From a virus (lineage: Duplodnaviria > Heunggongvirae > Uroviricota > Caudoviricetes): DNA of 39,545 nucleotides. The stretch lies in IMG/VR virus record IMGVR_UViG_2913152634_000006. The stretch is one strand, 5' to 3'. The notes under the pieces are model-generated. The model saw only the letters and a list, made by a program, of their open reading frames with translations. It ran no database searches and was not told the origin of the DNA. The position numbers were made by a program, and so were the translations under genes. Below, piece by piece: positions 1-8,991 of the stretch; the first letter of the stretch is position 1; each line of letters opens with the position of its first letter.

Positions 1-1020
1 TTAATCCCCCGTGGACACTGCGTGGACACTTACGCCACCTTTCAGCGGATTAAGGGCCACCGCATCCTGCAGGTAATCCGGTGCAAAATGCGCATATGCC
101 ATTGTTTGCTGAATGGTTGCGTGACCAAGAATCTTCTGAAGCGCAATAATGTTTCCTCCGTTCATCACAAAATGGCTGGCGAACGTATGCCGCAGCACAT
201 GTGCAGCCTGGCCTTTTGGTAAATCGGGCTTAACTCTTTTCAGCGCCAGGCAGAATTCCCGGTACTTCACCTCAAACAAGCCGCCTGTTTCTCTGGTTTT
301 GATCGCCTCACAAACTGCCTGCGAAATTGGCACTGTTCTCTTCCGGCCATTTTTGGTTTCAAGAAACGTTACACGGTTATGAACTATCTGTTCACCACGA
401 AGCTTACAAGCTTCACTCCAGCGCGCCCCTGTGCTTAAACACAAAAGCGCAACACGCCAGTAGTCGCCCTCCAGTGTATCGAGCAATAGCGCCACTTCCT
501 TCTGTGACAGGAACGCCATTTCTCGTGGAGATACATAAAGAATAGAAATTCCCCTTACTGGATGTTCTGCATCCCAAAGACCTATTTTTTTCAGCACGGT
601 AAACATTCCGGATAACCGATTCATGTACCTGTTAGCAGATGACGGTTTCAATCCTTCAGCTATCTTTTGAGAACGCCACGCGATAATTTTCAGCTTATCA
701 AGATCCACAGCCTGCATATCAGCGCCAAGCTCATTGATTATGTTGCGCAGTTGTTTTCGGTCTTCTTCCGCCTTACGCCTGTGCTGGCCGTGATACATCC
801 ACCACAACTCAAGCAAATCATTTAGCGTTCGACGATCACGGTAGCCCTGTATATATTCCCGCTTTTCAGCGTTCGCCATGATGTAGCGTTCAGTGGCCAC
901 CGCTACCGATTTTTTGTCAAATACCTTACGCACGCGCTTTCCCTTGCGTCCGTTCGGCCTGATGTCCAGCAAATAACGACCATCTTCGAGCTTCTTAATC
1001 GACATTACGAAGCCCTCCAA
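1..1020 (-). CDS. int: Phage integrase, tyrosine recombinase (P2/186 Int-like)
   Basis: 339-aa ORF; C-terminal region with conserved R...HxxR...Y-type catalytic context (ARWSEA, HVLRHTFAS, MAYAHF) typical of tyrosine integrases; first gene at prophage end, convergent layout with repressor as in P2. Confidence 0.9.
   Translation of the reverse strand: MEGFVMSIKKLEDGRYLLDIRPNGRKGKRVRKVFDKKSVAVATERYIMANAEKREYIQGYRDRRTLNDLLELWWMYHGQHRRKAEEDRKQLRNIINELGADMQAVDLDKLKIIAWRSQKIAEGLKPSSANRYMNRLSGMFTVLKKIGLWDAEHPVRGISILYVSPREMAFLSQKEVALLLDTLEGDYWRVALLCLSTGARWSEACKLRGEQIVHNRVTFLETKNGRKRTVPISQAVCEAIKTRETGGLFEVKYREFCLALKRVKPDLPKGQAAHVLRHTFASHFVMNGGNIIALQKILGHATIQQTMAYAHFAPDYLQDAVALNPLKGGVSVHAVSTGD
12..35. 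repeat. Candidate att core, left copy (inside the 3' end of int); contains an internal 10-bp tandem duplication cgtggacact x2
   Basis: gtggacactgcgtggacacttacgc at 12-35 recurs as gtggtcactgcgtggacatacgc at 38365-38386 (about 21/24 identical, direct orientation), bracketing the whole prophage. Confidence 0.35.
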
Positions 1021-1101
1021 TGAACCGCTCTACAATTTCTCCAGCCTCTTTCCAGCAATAATCAGACCAGACAAAAAGCAGGTCTAACCAGTTTTCTGGC
1101 C

Positions 1102-1440
1102 TCAGCGGGATAATTTTTGGATTGTTTCGGTTGAAACGCGATCTCCCTCCGAATTGCAGGAACCATCAAGAGAGAGAGCCGGAGAAATTTGCCCGACCTC
1201 CGGCATCGTTTCATCTGTTGATAACCAATAAGCATACTTCTTAAATTTAGGGTGTTTCGTAACCTTAAGTAAGGCACCCTCTGTTACTTGCTTCCCCCTC
1301 ACCTCATAGTTAGTTACCGTCCCATAAGGCAGCCCAACACAATCCGCAAACTCCTGGCGGGTCATACCTTCTGCTTCACGAATCAGGCGAAATTTTTCAC
1401 CCATGCTTGACAAAGATGCCATATCGGGCATATCCTCCAT
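1102..1440 (-). CDS. Immunity repressor (P2 C-type, XRE-family HTH)
   Basis: ORF track 1102..1476; HTH-like segment MTRQEFADCVGLPYGTVTNYE; start placed at internal ATG (MEDMPDMASL...) at 1440, ATG at 1476 is the alternative; transcribed divergently from cox as in the P2 immunity switch. Confidence 0.7.
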   Translation of the reverse strand: MEDMPDMASLSSMGEKFRLIREAEGMTRQEFADCVGLPYGTVTNYEVRGKQVTEGALLKVTKHPKFKKYAYWLSTDETMPEVGQISPALSLDGSCNSEGDRVSTETIQKLSR

Positions 1441-1480
1441 CGCAACATGCCACATCGGGCACAAACATAAAAACACTCAA

Positions 1481-1510
1481 ATAAGCCGATATAAGCCATT
1501 TTGAGCCATT
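1481..1510. promoter_or_regulatory. Candidate operator: three tandem direct 10-bp repeats (ataagccgat / ataagccatt / ttgagccatt) in the repressor-cox intergenic region
   Basis: Directly read; P2-type C repressors bind direct repeats flanking the early promoter; a TATAAG -10-like hexamer lies within the repeats about 45 bp upstream of the cox ATG. Confidence 0.4.
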
Positions 1511-1535
1511 CGAACGAATTAGGGAGATTACCACA

Positions 1536-1823
1536 ATGAGCGAATCAGAGCTTGGGGGGTTCATTCAGGTAGCACCATATCCACTTGAAGCGGTGCCATA
1601 TCAACTATTCGCCAAGATGATCGGCCGCAAGGAATCCACAGTCAGAACCATGATTGACGCAGCAAAGCTACCGACAATTGACTTTGTGAAACCAGGTTCA
1701 CTAAAGACGCGTGCATCAGAAAACTGGGTATATCTGCCAGCATTTAACGAAGGCATGCGCAAAGCGTTTTTTGAGCAACCGAAAGAACGCCGCGACGCAT
1801 GGTTGTTGTGGCTGGGACTTTAG
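1536..1823 (+). CDS. cox: Cox-like excisionase / early transcriptional regulator
   Basis: 95 aa; C-terminal NWVYLPAFNEG...RRDAWLLWLGL closely resembles recalled P2 Cox (YWVYLPAWNNG...WLMWLGL); position immediately right of the repressor, divergent. Confidence 0.8.
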   Translation: MSESELGGFIQVAPYPLEAVPYQLFAKMIGRKESTVRTMIDAAKLPTIDFVKPGSLKTRASENWVYLPAFNEGMRKAFFEQPKERRDAWLLWLGL

Positions 1824-1829
1824 TCATAA

Positions 1830-2036
1830 ATGACCAGCCATATCATCAGTGCCATTCTGATCCTTGTTTTTATTGAGATAGGCGTAATAGAGATCTATTT
1901 GTTTCGCAAGTTAACGGGACATGAAGAACGCTTTATTGAACTCAGCATTGAATATATCGCTGCTTATACCAAAGGACTTTTCCCGGCAGCTATTGGGGCG
2001 ATGTTTATAGCGTTTGTTATCTGGTTTATCGGGTGA
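1830..2036 (+). CDS. Small hydrophobic protein (two predicted TM helices), function unknown
   Basis: 68-aa ORF, strongly hydrophobic (ILILVFIEIGVIEIYLF ... IGAMFIAFVIWFIG); starts 7 nt after the cox stop. Confidence 0.4.
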   Translation: MTSHIISAILILVFIEIGVIEIYLFRKLTGHEERFIELSIEYIAAYTKGLFPAAIGAMFIAFVIWFIG

Positions 2037-2288
2037 GAAACCTGACAACCCACAACTACTGCAATGAGGGTAATTATGTGTGGCATGGACAAATTGGACC
2101 TTATGTTAATTGTAATACTATCAATTAACTTCGGTTACCTCTTAAGCGGCGCAATTCTCATGTGCGGAGGCAAACGAAAATGAACCAGCAGTCCGCAAAA
2201 CGTGAAAACAATGCGATGCGATTTAATCGCAAATATTTTGAGTTCGGCCTCTATGCCGGAATAATTAAATCTGTACAGAGTCTTTAAC

Positions 2289-2630
2289 ATGAAACAGCAA
2301 CGTAATTCACGCTTTCGCAATGGTGCAGAACGCCACGCTAACCGTTTTGCTACCAGTGCATCACGCAGCAACATCCGCTACAGCCTGAGTGATACACACG
2401 CAACGCCGGATGGCTACCCAGTAAAACAAATCGGCGAGCATGCCTGGCTGATTGAGAAAGCTGGAATCGTGATCCACAAATGCCCACGCAATCCGTTTAC
2501 CGGAAACCGCATTTTTGCTCTAAGCAGTGGCGACAATCAGTTCGGGCAGGATTTCACATTATACGAAGCACTTCGCACGGTTGATCGTCTGCTTCGCGGG
2601 CAAAGTTTTATTAAACAGGCTGATTTATAA
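2289..2630 (+). CDS. Hypothetical early protein
   Basis: 113-aa ORF, ATG 1 nt after the stop of a possible 35-codon upstream ORF; no family recognised with confidence. Confidence 0.5.
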   Translation: MKQQRNSRFRNGAERHANRFATSASRSNIRYSLSDTHATPDGYPVKQIGEHAWLIEKAGIVIHKCPRNPFTGNRIFALSSGDNQFGQDFTLYEALRTVDRLLRGQSFIKQADL

Positions 2631-2640
2631 CAGGTGCTTT

Positions 2641-2928
2641 ATGACCAAAGACCATGCACAAGGTGTATTTATCCGTTTTATTGATTTTCGCGGTGAATTG
2701 TTATTACGTGCATCCGCTATTGACGGAGTGACTCCGGCGGGTAAAAACGGAGCCGACGAAGCCACTTACGTTTATCTGAACGGCACGCGACTGCTTGTGG
2801 AACTTCCGTACCAGACCGTACGAGAAATCATTAGCGAAGCTGAAAAGGCACGCCAGGTTAATGGCGATGAACCCTATATCGAAATTATTTGTATGGATTC
2901 AGAAGCTGAAATACAGAAAGCAGATTAA
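2641..2928 (+). CDS. Hypothetical early protein
   Basis: In-frame ATG at 2641 preceded by GGTG (MTKDHAQGVFIRF...); the ORF-track start at 2527 would overlap the upstream gene by about 100 nt, so the shorter form is preferred. Confidence 0.5.
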   Translation: MTKDHAQGVFIRFIDFRGELLLRASAIDGVTPAGKNGADEATYVYLNGTRLLVELPYQTVREIISEAEKARQVNGDEPYIEIICMDSEAEIQKAD

Positions 2929-2939
2929 AGGGCGTTGTG

Positions 2940-3182
2940 ATGGGCAAAGAATATAAAACTCTCATTAACAAAGCACTTGAGCGTTTTTATTTTCGCTTAA
3001 GTGCATCAGGCGCTCATGCTGAACGTGCGGCCCGTGACTCATTGACCAGAGCAATCCGAAGTCTGTATGACGTGGCTTTTTACGCTGATGATCTGGATGC
3101 ACTTAACGAACTTTCCGAGCTGATCTGTGCCGCAGAATGCGGGGAACATATTGAACCGTATAAGCTGGGGAATATCGCATGA
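2940..3182 (+). CDS. Hypothetical early protein
   Basis: 80-81-aa ORF (GTG 2937 or ATG 2940), follows the previous gene by 9-12 nt. Confidence 0.5.
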   Translation: MGKEYKTLINKALERFYFRLSASGAHAERAARDSLTRAIRSLYDVAFYADDLDALNELSELICAAECGEHIEPYKLGNIA

Positions 3183-3292
3183 GTATATTTATCTCATGGC
3201 TTGTTCTGATTATTTCGGTGGCCTGCGCTATTGGGATTATGCGAATTATTCATTCAATAAAAAAGATTGAACGCTTTTTCACTGGCGAATAA
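3179..3292 (+). CDS. Possible 37-aa membrane peptide (MSIFISWLVLIISVACAIGIMRIIHSIKKIERFFTGE)
   Basis: ATG overlaps the upstream stop (ATGA); single hydrophobic helix; below the ORF-track size cutoff, found by hand translation. Confidence 0.3.
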   Translation: MSIFISWLVLIISVACAIGIMRIIHSIKKIERFFTGE

Positions 3293-3378
3293 CAGAGCAA
3301 ATAAAACCACAGATTAAATAAGAAAATGTAAAAACAATCCGCATTCGCGGAGGTATTCGCACACGCCAAGGAGGCGTA

Positions 3379-3582
3379 ATGGCAATTAAGCATTTTCCTG
3401 TCGTTCGTTTTACCTCCAGAGGGCGTGAATACGAAGTCGACGAACGCCTGATTACCACAATCGACAAACACCGTTCAGAAAAGGATGCACATCACATCTA
3501 TCTCACTGACGGCACTTACTTCTGCGCCACGAATGTGGTGCGGGTGAACCTTATCCGACAGGTACAGGAGTCACGCAGATGA
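3379..3582 (+). CDS. Hypothetical early protein
   Basis: 67-aa ORF with a strong SD (AAGGAGG) 6 nt upstream of the ATG. Confidence 0.55.
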   Translation: MAIKHFPVVRFTSRGREYEVDERLITTIDKHRSEKDAHHIYLTDGTYFCATNVVRVNLIRQVQESRR

Positions 3583-3824
3583 CCATTCTGGACTATATCG
3601 CCGCCAATCCGGGGTGTAGCGGTGGAGAAATCGCCGCAGCACTGAATACCCCAACCACAGCCATTAATGCGGAGTTACGCCGACTCTGGCGCAGCGGTTC
3701 AGTCATAAGAAAAGAGCGCAAAACAGGCGGTCGCTTTTCTTACCAGATAAACCCGATGCCGTTCGGGTGCGGCAATCCACTTACCAACACGTTTAACCAG
3801 CTACTGAAGGAAGCCAGAGCATGA
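3579..3824 (+). CDS. Putative small winged-helix DNA-binding protein
   Basis: 81-aa ORF, ATGA overlap with the upstream gene; DYIAANPGCSGGEIAAALNTPTTAINAELRRL resembles a winged-HTH recognition unit (motif-level inference only). Confidence 0.5.
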   Translation: MTILDYIAANPGCSGGEIAAALNTPTTAINAELRRLWRSGSVIRKERKTGGRFSYQINPMPFGCGNPLTNTFNQLLKEARA

Positions 3825-4120
3825 GCACCATCAACCACCAGAAGCTACGCGAACTGGCATTTGCCCTGCAACGAATGGCAACGCCTCAAAAATTACTGGC
3901 ATTTCGCGCAATGCTCTCGCCGTCTGCTGTGCTGGCACTGCTGAATGAGCTGGAGCACGCCAGAACCACGGCTCCTGCCATTCGCCTGACGCTCCATCAT
4001 GAAATCGCTGATTTCTGCGCGACGTTGGAGGCGCCGGGCGAACCGGAAACGCCGGAAGCAATACAGCAAGAGCTGCTGCAACGCATTGACAAGGTTTTTG
4101 ATTTTTTTCTGAACCAGTAA
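3821..4120 (+). CDS. Hypothetical early protein
   Basis: 99-aa ORF, ATGA overlap with the upstream gene, protein-like composition. Confidence 0.55.
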   Translation: MSTINHQKLRELAFALQRMATPQKLLAFRAMLSPSAVLALLNELEHARTTAPAIRLTLHHEIADFCATLEAPGEPETPEAIQQELLQRIDKVFDFFLNQ

Positions 4121-4242
4121 GAAACCAGAACATGCACACACAAAAAAACCGCTTGCCATGCCGCAATCAGTCAGGTTACATTTCCGCTGCACCTCATAAA
4201 ACGGGTGCCGGGATTTCCACCCCGCTGACAACTACAGCGCAC

Positions 4243-4265
4243 AACCGCGCCAGCGGTTTTTTTGT
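4243..4265 (+). terminator. Terminator-like hairpin (aACCGCgccaGCGGTt) followed by a T7 run inside the early region
   Basis: Directly read 6-bp GC-rich stem, 4-nt loop and ttttttt; lies in a 320-nt stretch without a convincing CDS. Confidence 0.35.
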
Positions 4266-4442
4266 GCGTACTGTATCGCCACGTCTTTTTCGCACACGAA
4301 TTATGGTGGGGCGTACGGGGCCGACTTCGGTCGGGCCGGGTTCTGTAGTTGCCGGTTGTGGAAACCCTGTACGTCTCACCACCCCGAGTTTTCCACCTCT
4401 GGATGGTGAGTTTTCAAAACTTGCAACTACAGAGGCCACACC

Positions 4443-4673
4443 ATGGCAAACCGCAAACAGCACCGCGCTATCGCGGAGCGTCGTCACATCCAGACTGAAA
4501 TCAACCGCAGACTTTTCCGCGCATCACGCGTCGCGCAAATCATGCACATCAATATGCTGCATGAGCGCAGCCACGCACTATCAAACATCTATTCCGCCGC
4601 TGTTTTCAGCTATCTGGCGGATGATCTGCACGAGCTTCAACAGCTCATCCAGCAGCAAAACAAACTCCATTAA
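4443..4673 (+). CDS. Hypothetical early protein
   Basis: 76-aa ORF with helical, protein-like composition; preferred over the overlapping 205-aa ORF 4132..4749, whose translation is S/T/P/R-rich and looks off-frame. Confidence 0.45.
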   Translation: MANRKQHRAIAERRHIQTEINRRLFRASRVAQIMHINMLHERSHALSNIYSAAVFSYLADDLHELQQLIQQQNKLH

Positions 4674-4745
4674 TTCCTGTTCCGGGCCTTTCCTGCACCT
4701 TGCGGCGGGAGGCCTTCGCACATCTGTAACAAGAGGATTGCCGCA

Positions 4746-5111
4746 ATGATTCTCGCCAACGACTTTCTTGAATACCTGCTCAACACAGAGCGTGATCTTG
4801 CCGTTCACGTGCGTGAACGTTATGACATGTACCTGAAATCCCTGCCTGTACCGCAGCTCGCTGACGGAAAGATTGTTATTGATGGTCGCTACATGATTGA
4901 CAGCCACGAGGGAAATTACAGGCTTTACCGCATTGAAGGTGGCACCCCGTCCGTTATTGGCATTTACCAGCGCCCATCCTCTGCAATCGTCGATGTGATT
5001 GCCGACAGCATCCGCATCACACATCGCCATGCCGACACAGAAGACACCGTGCTGGAAATTCAGCGGCTGGCTGCCGTCTGCCGCGACACCCTGAATGGCA
5101 TGACGAAGTAA
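4746..5111 (+). CDS. Hypothetical early protein preceding the replication gene
   Basis: 121-aa ORF, ends 6 nt before the gene A start. Confidence 0.55.
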   Translation: MILANDFLEYLLNTERDLAVHVRERYDMYLKSLPVPQLADGKIVIDGRYMIDSHEGNYRLYRIEGGTPSVIGIYQRPSSAIVDVIADSIRITHRHADTEDTVLEIQRLAAVCRDTLNGMTK

Positions 5112-5117
5112 ATCACT

Positions 5118-7943
5118 ATGACGGCAGAGTACATCAGGGACTGGCAACAACCGCGCCACGCAGTGGGACGTGAAGGAACGGGGATCCCCGTTCCTGAATC
5201 TGCGCTTTCCTCCTGGCTGGATGCCTACCGGGCAGAGAACGAGCGCCGCCAGGAAATGGCTGATGCGGCGTTCTCCGCCACGCCGCTGGGCAACCTGATT
5301 AATAAAAGCCTGGACGCACAGGAAAAACAGGACAAAACCATCACACTGGCAGGAGACGCCAGAAAACAGGCACGCGGCGCGGTGGATGAAGCCATGGCCT
5401 CGCTGCGCCTGCTGCCGTCCTATCTGCGCGATCCGCTTATTCGCCACCTCTCCTTCCTGCGCAAAAAACAGGAAGTCGATCGCCGGAAAGGCAAAAAGAG
5501 CTGGCAGGCTGAACGCTACGCGCGCGGAACCCTGCGCAAAATATTCGAACGTCTGGACCGCACCGACCACCGCTGGCTGACACCGGGTTATCGCTCCCTT
5601 GCCGGACGCGAACGCCTGGATGATTTGCTTTACCTGCCGCAGCTCAACAAGCACCAGATACAGACGCTGGCCACCATGACGGCGGCGATGTTCAGCAGCA
5701 CCTTCGAAAAACTCTGCGATGGCTTTGGCGCGACTGATGGCGAACTGACCATGGATGTAACGCTGAAGGCGTATCAGATGCTGGCCCGCATGGCGTTACA
5801 CCTGCACGCCATGCCTCCACATTATGACGCACTGACAACAGACAAAGACCGGAGGAACGAACCGGACACGGAGCTGCTGCCGGGCGCAATCCTTCGCCTG
5901 ACCTGTGCGGAATGGTGGAAACGCAAACTGTGGCTGTTACGTTGCGAGTGGAGAGAAGAACAACTCCGCGCCGCCTGTCTGGTTTCCAGAAAAACATCAC
6001 CCTATCTGAGCCAGGACGCGTTAAGCGAGTTTCGCGCACAGCGCGAGAAAACACGCGATTTCCTGAAAAGTTTCATGCTGGAAAATGAAGACGGGTTCAC
6101 GATTGATCTCGAGACAGTGTATTACGCGGGAGTAAGTAACCCGGTTCACCGTAAGGCAGAAATGATGGCCACCATGAAGGGACTGGAACTTCTGGCCGAA
6201 GCCCGTGGCGACAGAGCGGTGTTTCTGACCGTCACCTGCCCGTCAAAATACCACGCCACAACGGAGAACGGTCATCCGAACCCCAAATGGAACGGGGCCA
6301 CCATGCGCGACTCCAGCGATTACCTGGTTAACACGTTTTTTGCGGCGGTCCGCAAGAAACTGAACCGCGACGGCCTGCGCTGGTATGGCATCCGCACGGT
6401 GGAGCCTCACCATGACGGCACCGTGCACTGGCATATGATGGTCTTTGCTCATCCGGAAGAAATCGACACCATTGTGTCCCACACCCGCGATATTGCCATT
6501 CAGGAAGATCGTCACGAGCTGGGTGATGATATTACCCCACGCTTTAAGGCGGAGTACGTCGACGGCTCAAAAGGCACACCGACCAGCTACATCGCCACCT
6601 ACATTGGGAAAAACCTGGACAGCCGTGCCGTGGATGGCATCGACCCGAAAACGGGCAAGCCACGCGTTGACCACGAAACAGGTAAATCAATGGCCGAGAG
6701 CGTGGAGCGCGCCATCGGCTGGGCGCGCCTTCACCGGGTCCGTCAGTTCCAGTTCTTTGGCATCCCCTCCCGTCAGGTGTGGCGTGAACTGCGCCGCCTT
6801 GCCAGCCAGATGGCACGCAATCCGGAAGGCCCGCAACGGCTGAAAGATGATGCAATGGATGCGGTACTCGCTGCCGCCGATGCCGGGTGTTTTGCCACCT
6901 ACATTGAAAAACAGGGTGGCGTGCTTGTTCCACGCAAGGACTACCTGATTCGCACCGCCTACGACCTCGCAGATGAGCTGAACGATTACGGCGAACAGAG
7001 CGTACAGATTTACGGGATCTGGTCACCACTCATCGGGGAATCCTCCCGTGTGTGCACGCATCCGGATAACTGGAAGTTGGTAAGACGTAAACCAGAACCA
7101 GAAGACAACGCCCACGAAAATGGTTTTGACCTTCAGGGCGGCCCTGCCGCCCCTTGGACTCGTGGCAATAACTGTCCCCGTGTACAGGAAACAGGCAACA
7201 GCGGGACAGAACAGTCGAAAGAACGGCCTGCACCGTGGCCGCAGCTTCCTGACGGCGTTGAAGTGAACGAATGGATGCGCTCACTGAAACGGCACGAACG
7301 CCGGGCGCTGATGCGTTCGCTTCGTGACAAACAGGCAAAAAACAGCAGTGATGAAATGCAGAGCTGGACACAGAGCCGCAAACAGCAGCGGCCTTTGCCT
7401 GATAACCACGAATTACTCGCTAAAGAATGGCGGGAATCTGCCGAATCTCTCGGCCTGCATATCGGTGAACAGCAGATGCAGCACCTGTTACGGGGAGGCA
7501 GCCTGTACGTTGACGGCAGCATCATTGCACCGCAGGGATTTGAAATTGTACGCAAACCGGATACCCGCCCGGCCAGCCGAATCACGCAGCTCTGGCAGCG
7601 CCTGAGCCGTAATCACGGCGTAAGCAGCACAGAGATCCGTCATAACCCGGTCGCCAGCTATCTGGCACAGCTGGGGGCATCAGACCCCGAAGCCGCCGCA
7701 CGTCTGGCATCCACACTTCAGCAGGACCAGAACACCATGAAAACCCCCGTTACCGTGCTTTCTGACATGCTGCGCGCCATCCGTGACGCAGAGCACGCAC
7801 AAAGAATCAATGAAACCACTGAACGCGCCCGCCACAAGGCTACTTTGCTCCAAAAGAGAGGCAAACAGCACTTTAGTAATCAAAATGATGATGAGAAAAA
7901 ACAATTGCAAAGTTGGATATGCCTTTTCCATCATGAGGGATGA
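5118..7943 (+). CDS. A: Replication initiation endonuclease A (HUH rolling-circle initiator)
   Basis: 941 aa; HUH motif in GTVHWHMMVFAHP and paired catalytic tyrosines YIATYIGKN (Y-x3-Y) as in P2 gpA; position after the early operon; longer than P2 A (recalled 761 aa), with the 3' end running into AT-rich DNA. Confidence 0.85.
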   Translation: MTAEYIRDWQQPRHAVGREGTGIPVPESALSSWLDAYRAENERRQEMADAAFSATPLGNLINKSLDAQEKQDKTITLAGDARKQARGAVDEAMASLRLLPSYLRDPLIRHLSFLRKKQEVDRRKGKKSWQAERYARGTLRKIFERLDRTDHRWLTPGYRSLAGRERLDDLLYLPQLNKHQIQTLATMTAAMFSSTFEKLCDGFGATDGELTMDVTLKAYQMLARMALHLHAMPPHYDALTTDKDRRNEPDTELLPGAILRLTCAEWWKRKLWLLRCEWREEQLRAACLVSRKTSPYLSQDALSEFRAQREKTRDFLKSFMLENEDGFTIDLETVYYAGVSNPVHRKAEMMATMKGLELLAEARGDRAVFLTVTCPSKYHATTENGHPNPKWNGATMRDSSDYLVNTFFAAVRKKLNRDGLRWYGIRTVEPHHDGTVHWHMMVFAHPEEIDTIVSHTRDIAIQEDRHELGDDITPRFKAEYVDGSKGTPTSYIATYIGKNLDSRAVDGIDPKTGKPRVDHETGKSMAESVERAIGWARLHRVRQFQFFGIPSRQVWRELRRLASQMARNPEGPQRLKDDAMDAVLAAADAGCFATYIEKQGGVLVPRKDYLIRTAYDLADELNDYGEQSVQIYGIWSPLIGESSRVCTHPDNWKLVRRKPEPEDNAHENGFDLQGGPAAPWTRGNNCPRVQETGNSGTEQSKERPAPWPQLPDGVEVNEWMRSLKRHERRALMRSLRDKQAKNSSDEMQSWTQSRKQQRPLPDNHELLAKEWRESAESLGLHIGEQQMQHLLRGGSLYVDGSIIAPQGFEIVRKPDTRPASRITQLWQRLSRNHGVSSTEIRHNPVASYLAQLGASDPEAAARLASTLQQDQNTMKTPVTVLSDMLRAIRDAEHAQRINETTERARHKATLLQKRGKQHFSNQNDDEKKQLQSWICLFHHEG

Positions 7944-8128
7944 GATGTGAATCGCTAACCGAATATTGTGTTGAATAGAATGCAATTGATATAATTCCCC
8001 TTAATTCATTGAAAACTGGATTTTTTGCATAACTATGCAAATATCTATGGACGGCGACGATGTTTTTTATCGGGAAAACTCAAGTGCCATGTTAAGATTA
8101 TGTTTATTTTTTACTGAGAAAATCGTGG

Positions 8129-8974
8129 ATGACAAAGCCTTCTCATTTTAGAACCCCTCTTCGTTATCCGGGAGGTAAGGCAAAATTCTTGCCACATATT
8201 GAACAAATACTCCGCAACAATGATCTCATTGGTGGATGTTATGCTGAACCTTATGCAGGTGGAGCCGGTGTAGCATTAGGTTTGCTCCTTAACGGTCTTG
8301 TTGAAAATATCTTCATAAATGATATTGATCCTGCCATTTATTCTTTTTGGTTTGCAGTGGTTAATCATAACGATCTGTTATGTGAAATGATTGATGAAGT
8401 TCCTGTGACTATTGAAAATTGGCATACTCAAAAGGAGATACTCCTAAACAATGATAAATATAGTATGCTTGAAGTCGCATTATCTACTTTCTTTTTAAAT
8501 AGAACAAACCGTTCAGGAATACTTAAGGCTGGCGTTATTGGAGGGAAAGAACAAAAAGGACCATGGAAGTTAGATGCAAGATTCAACAAAAAAGAGTTAA
8601 TTAAAAGGATTGAACTAATTGGTGCATATAAGGAGAAAATTTACGTATCGAATTTTGATGCTGTAGATTTTCTGCTACACCAAAAAGCATTGCTACCCAA
8701 AAATAGTCTAATATATCTTGATCCACCTTATTATGTTAAAGGAGCAGAGTTATATAGAAATTTTTATAAACATGATGATCATGTAAAAATCGCTAATACA
8801 CTACGGGAAATTCAACTACCTTGGGTTGTGTCTTATGACAATGTGCCTGAAATAAAAAGCATATATCATGAATTCAATATGACTGATTATACGCTTAATT
8901 ATACTGCACAAGATAAGAAAAAAGGTCTAGAAATTATCATTTATAATCATGGTATAAAAATCCCTGACATTTAA
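8129..8974 (+). CDS. Dam-family (D12-class, alpha-type) N6-adenine DNA methyltransferase
   Basis: 281 aa; N-terminal RYPGGKAKFL, SAM-binding EPYAGGAGV, catalytic DPPYY; AT-rich coding sequence with an AT-rich upstream region. Confidence 0.85.
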   Translation: MTKPSHFRTPLRYPGGKAKFLPHIEQILRNNDLIGGCYAEPYAGGAGVALGLLLNGLVENIFINDIDPAIYSFWFAVVNHNDLLCEMIDEVPVTIENWHTQKEILLNNDKYSMLEVALSTFFLNRTNRSGILKAGVIGGKEQKGPWKLDARFNKKELIKRIELIGAYKEKIYVSNFDAVDFLLHQKALLPKNSLIYLDPPYYVKGAELYRNFYKHDDHVKIANTLREIQLPWVVSYDNVPEIKSIYHEFNMTDYTLNYTAQDKKKGLEIIIYNHGIKIPDI

Positions 8975-8991
8975 ATTTAAGGATGATATAG

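Noticed and set aside
2289-2630. Possible CII-like regulator assignment for the 113-aa early protein
   Set aside because: I could not match it to the 186 CII family from memory; position alone is insufficient, so it is left as hypothetical.
4300-4400. Possible tRNA gene suggested by nested hairpins
   Set aside because: No 7-bp acceptor stem, no T-loop GTTCRANYC consensus and no cloverleaf could be drawn; kept only as a generic structured-RNA candidate.
4132-4749. 205-aa ORF on the plus strand
   Set aside because: Translation is S/T/P/G/R-rich and low in complexity, there is no SD, and it fully overlaps the more protein-like 76-aa gene (4443..4673). Probably a non-coding region plus an off-frame read.
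4581-5654. 357-aa ORF on the minus strand
   Set aside because: Antisense to replication gene A and an upstream early gene; composition typical of an antisense frame in GC-rich coding DNA.
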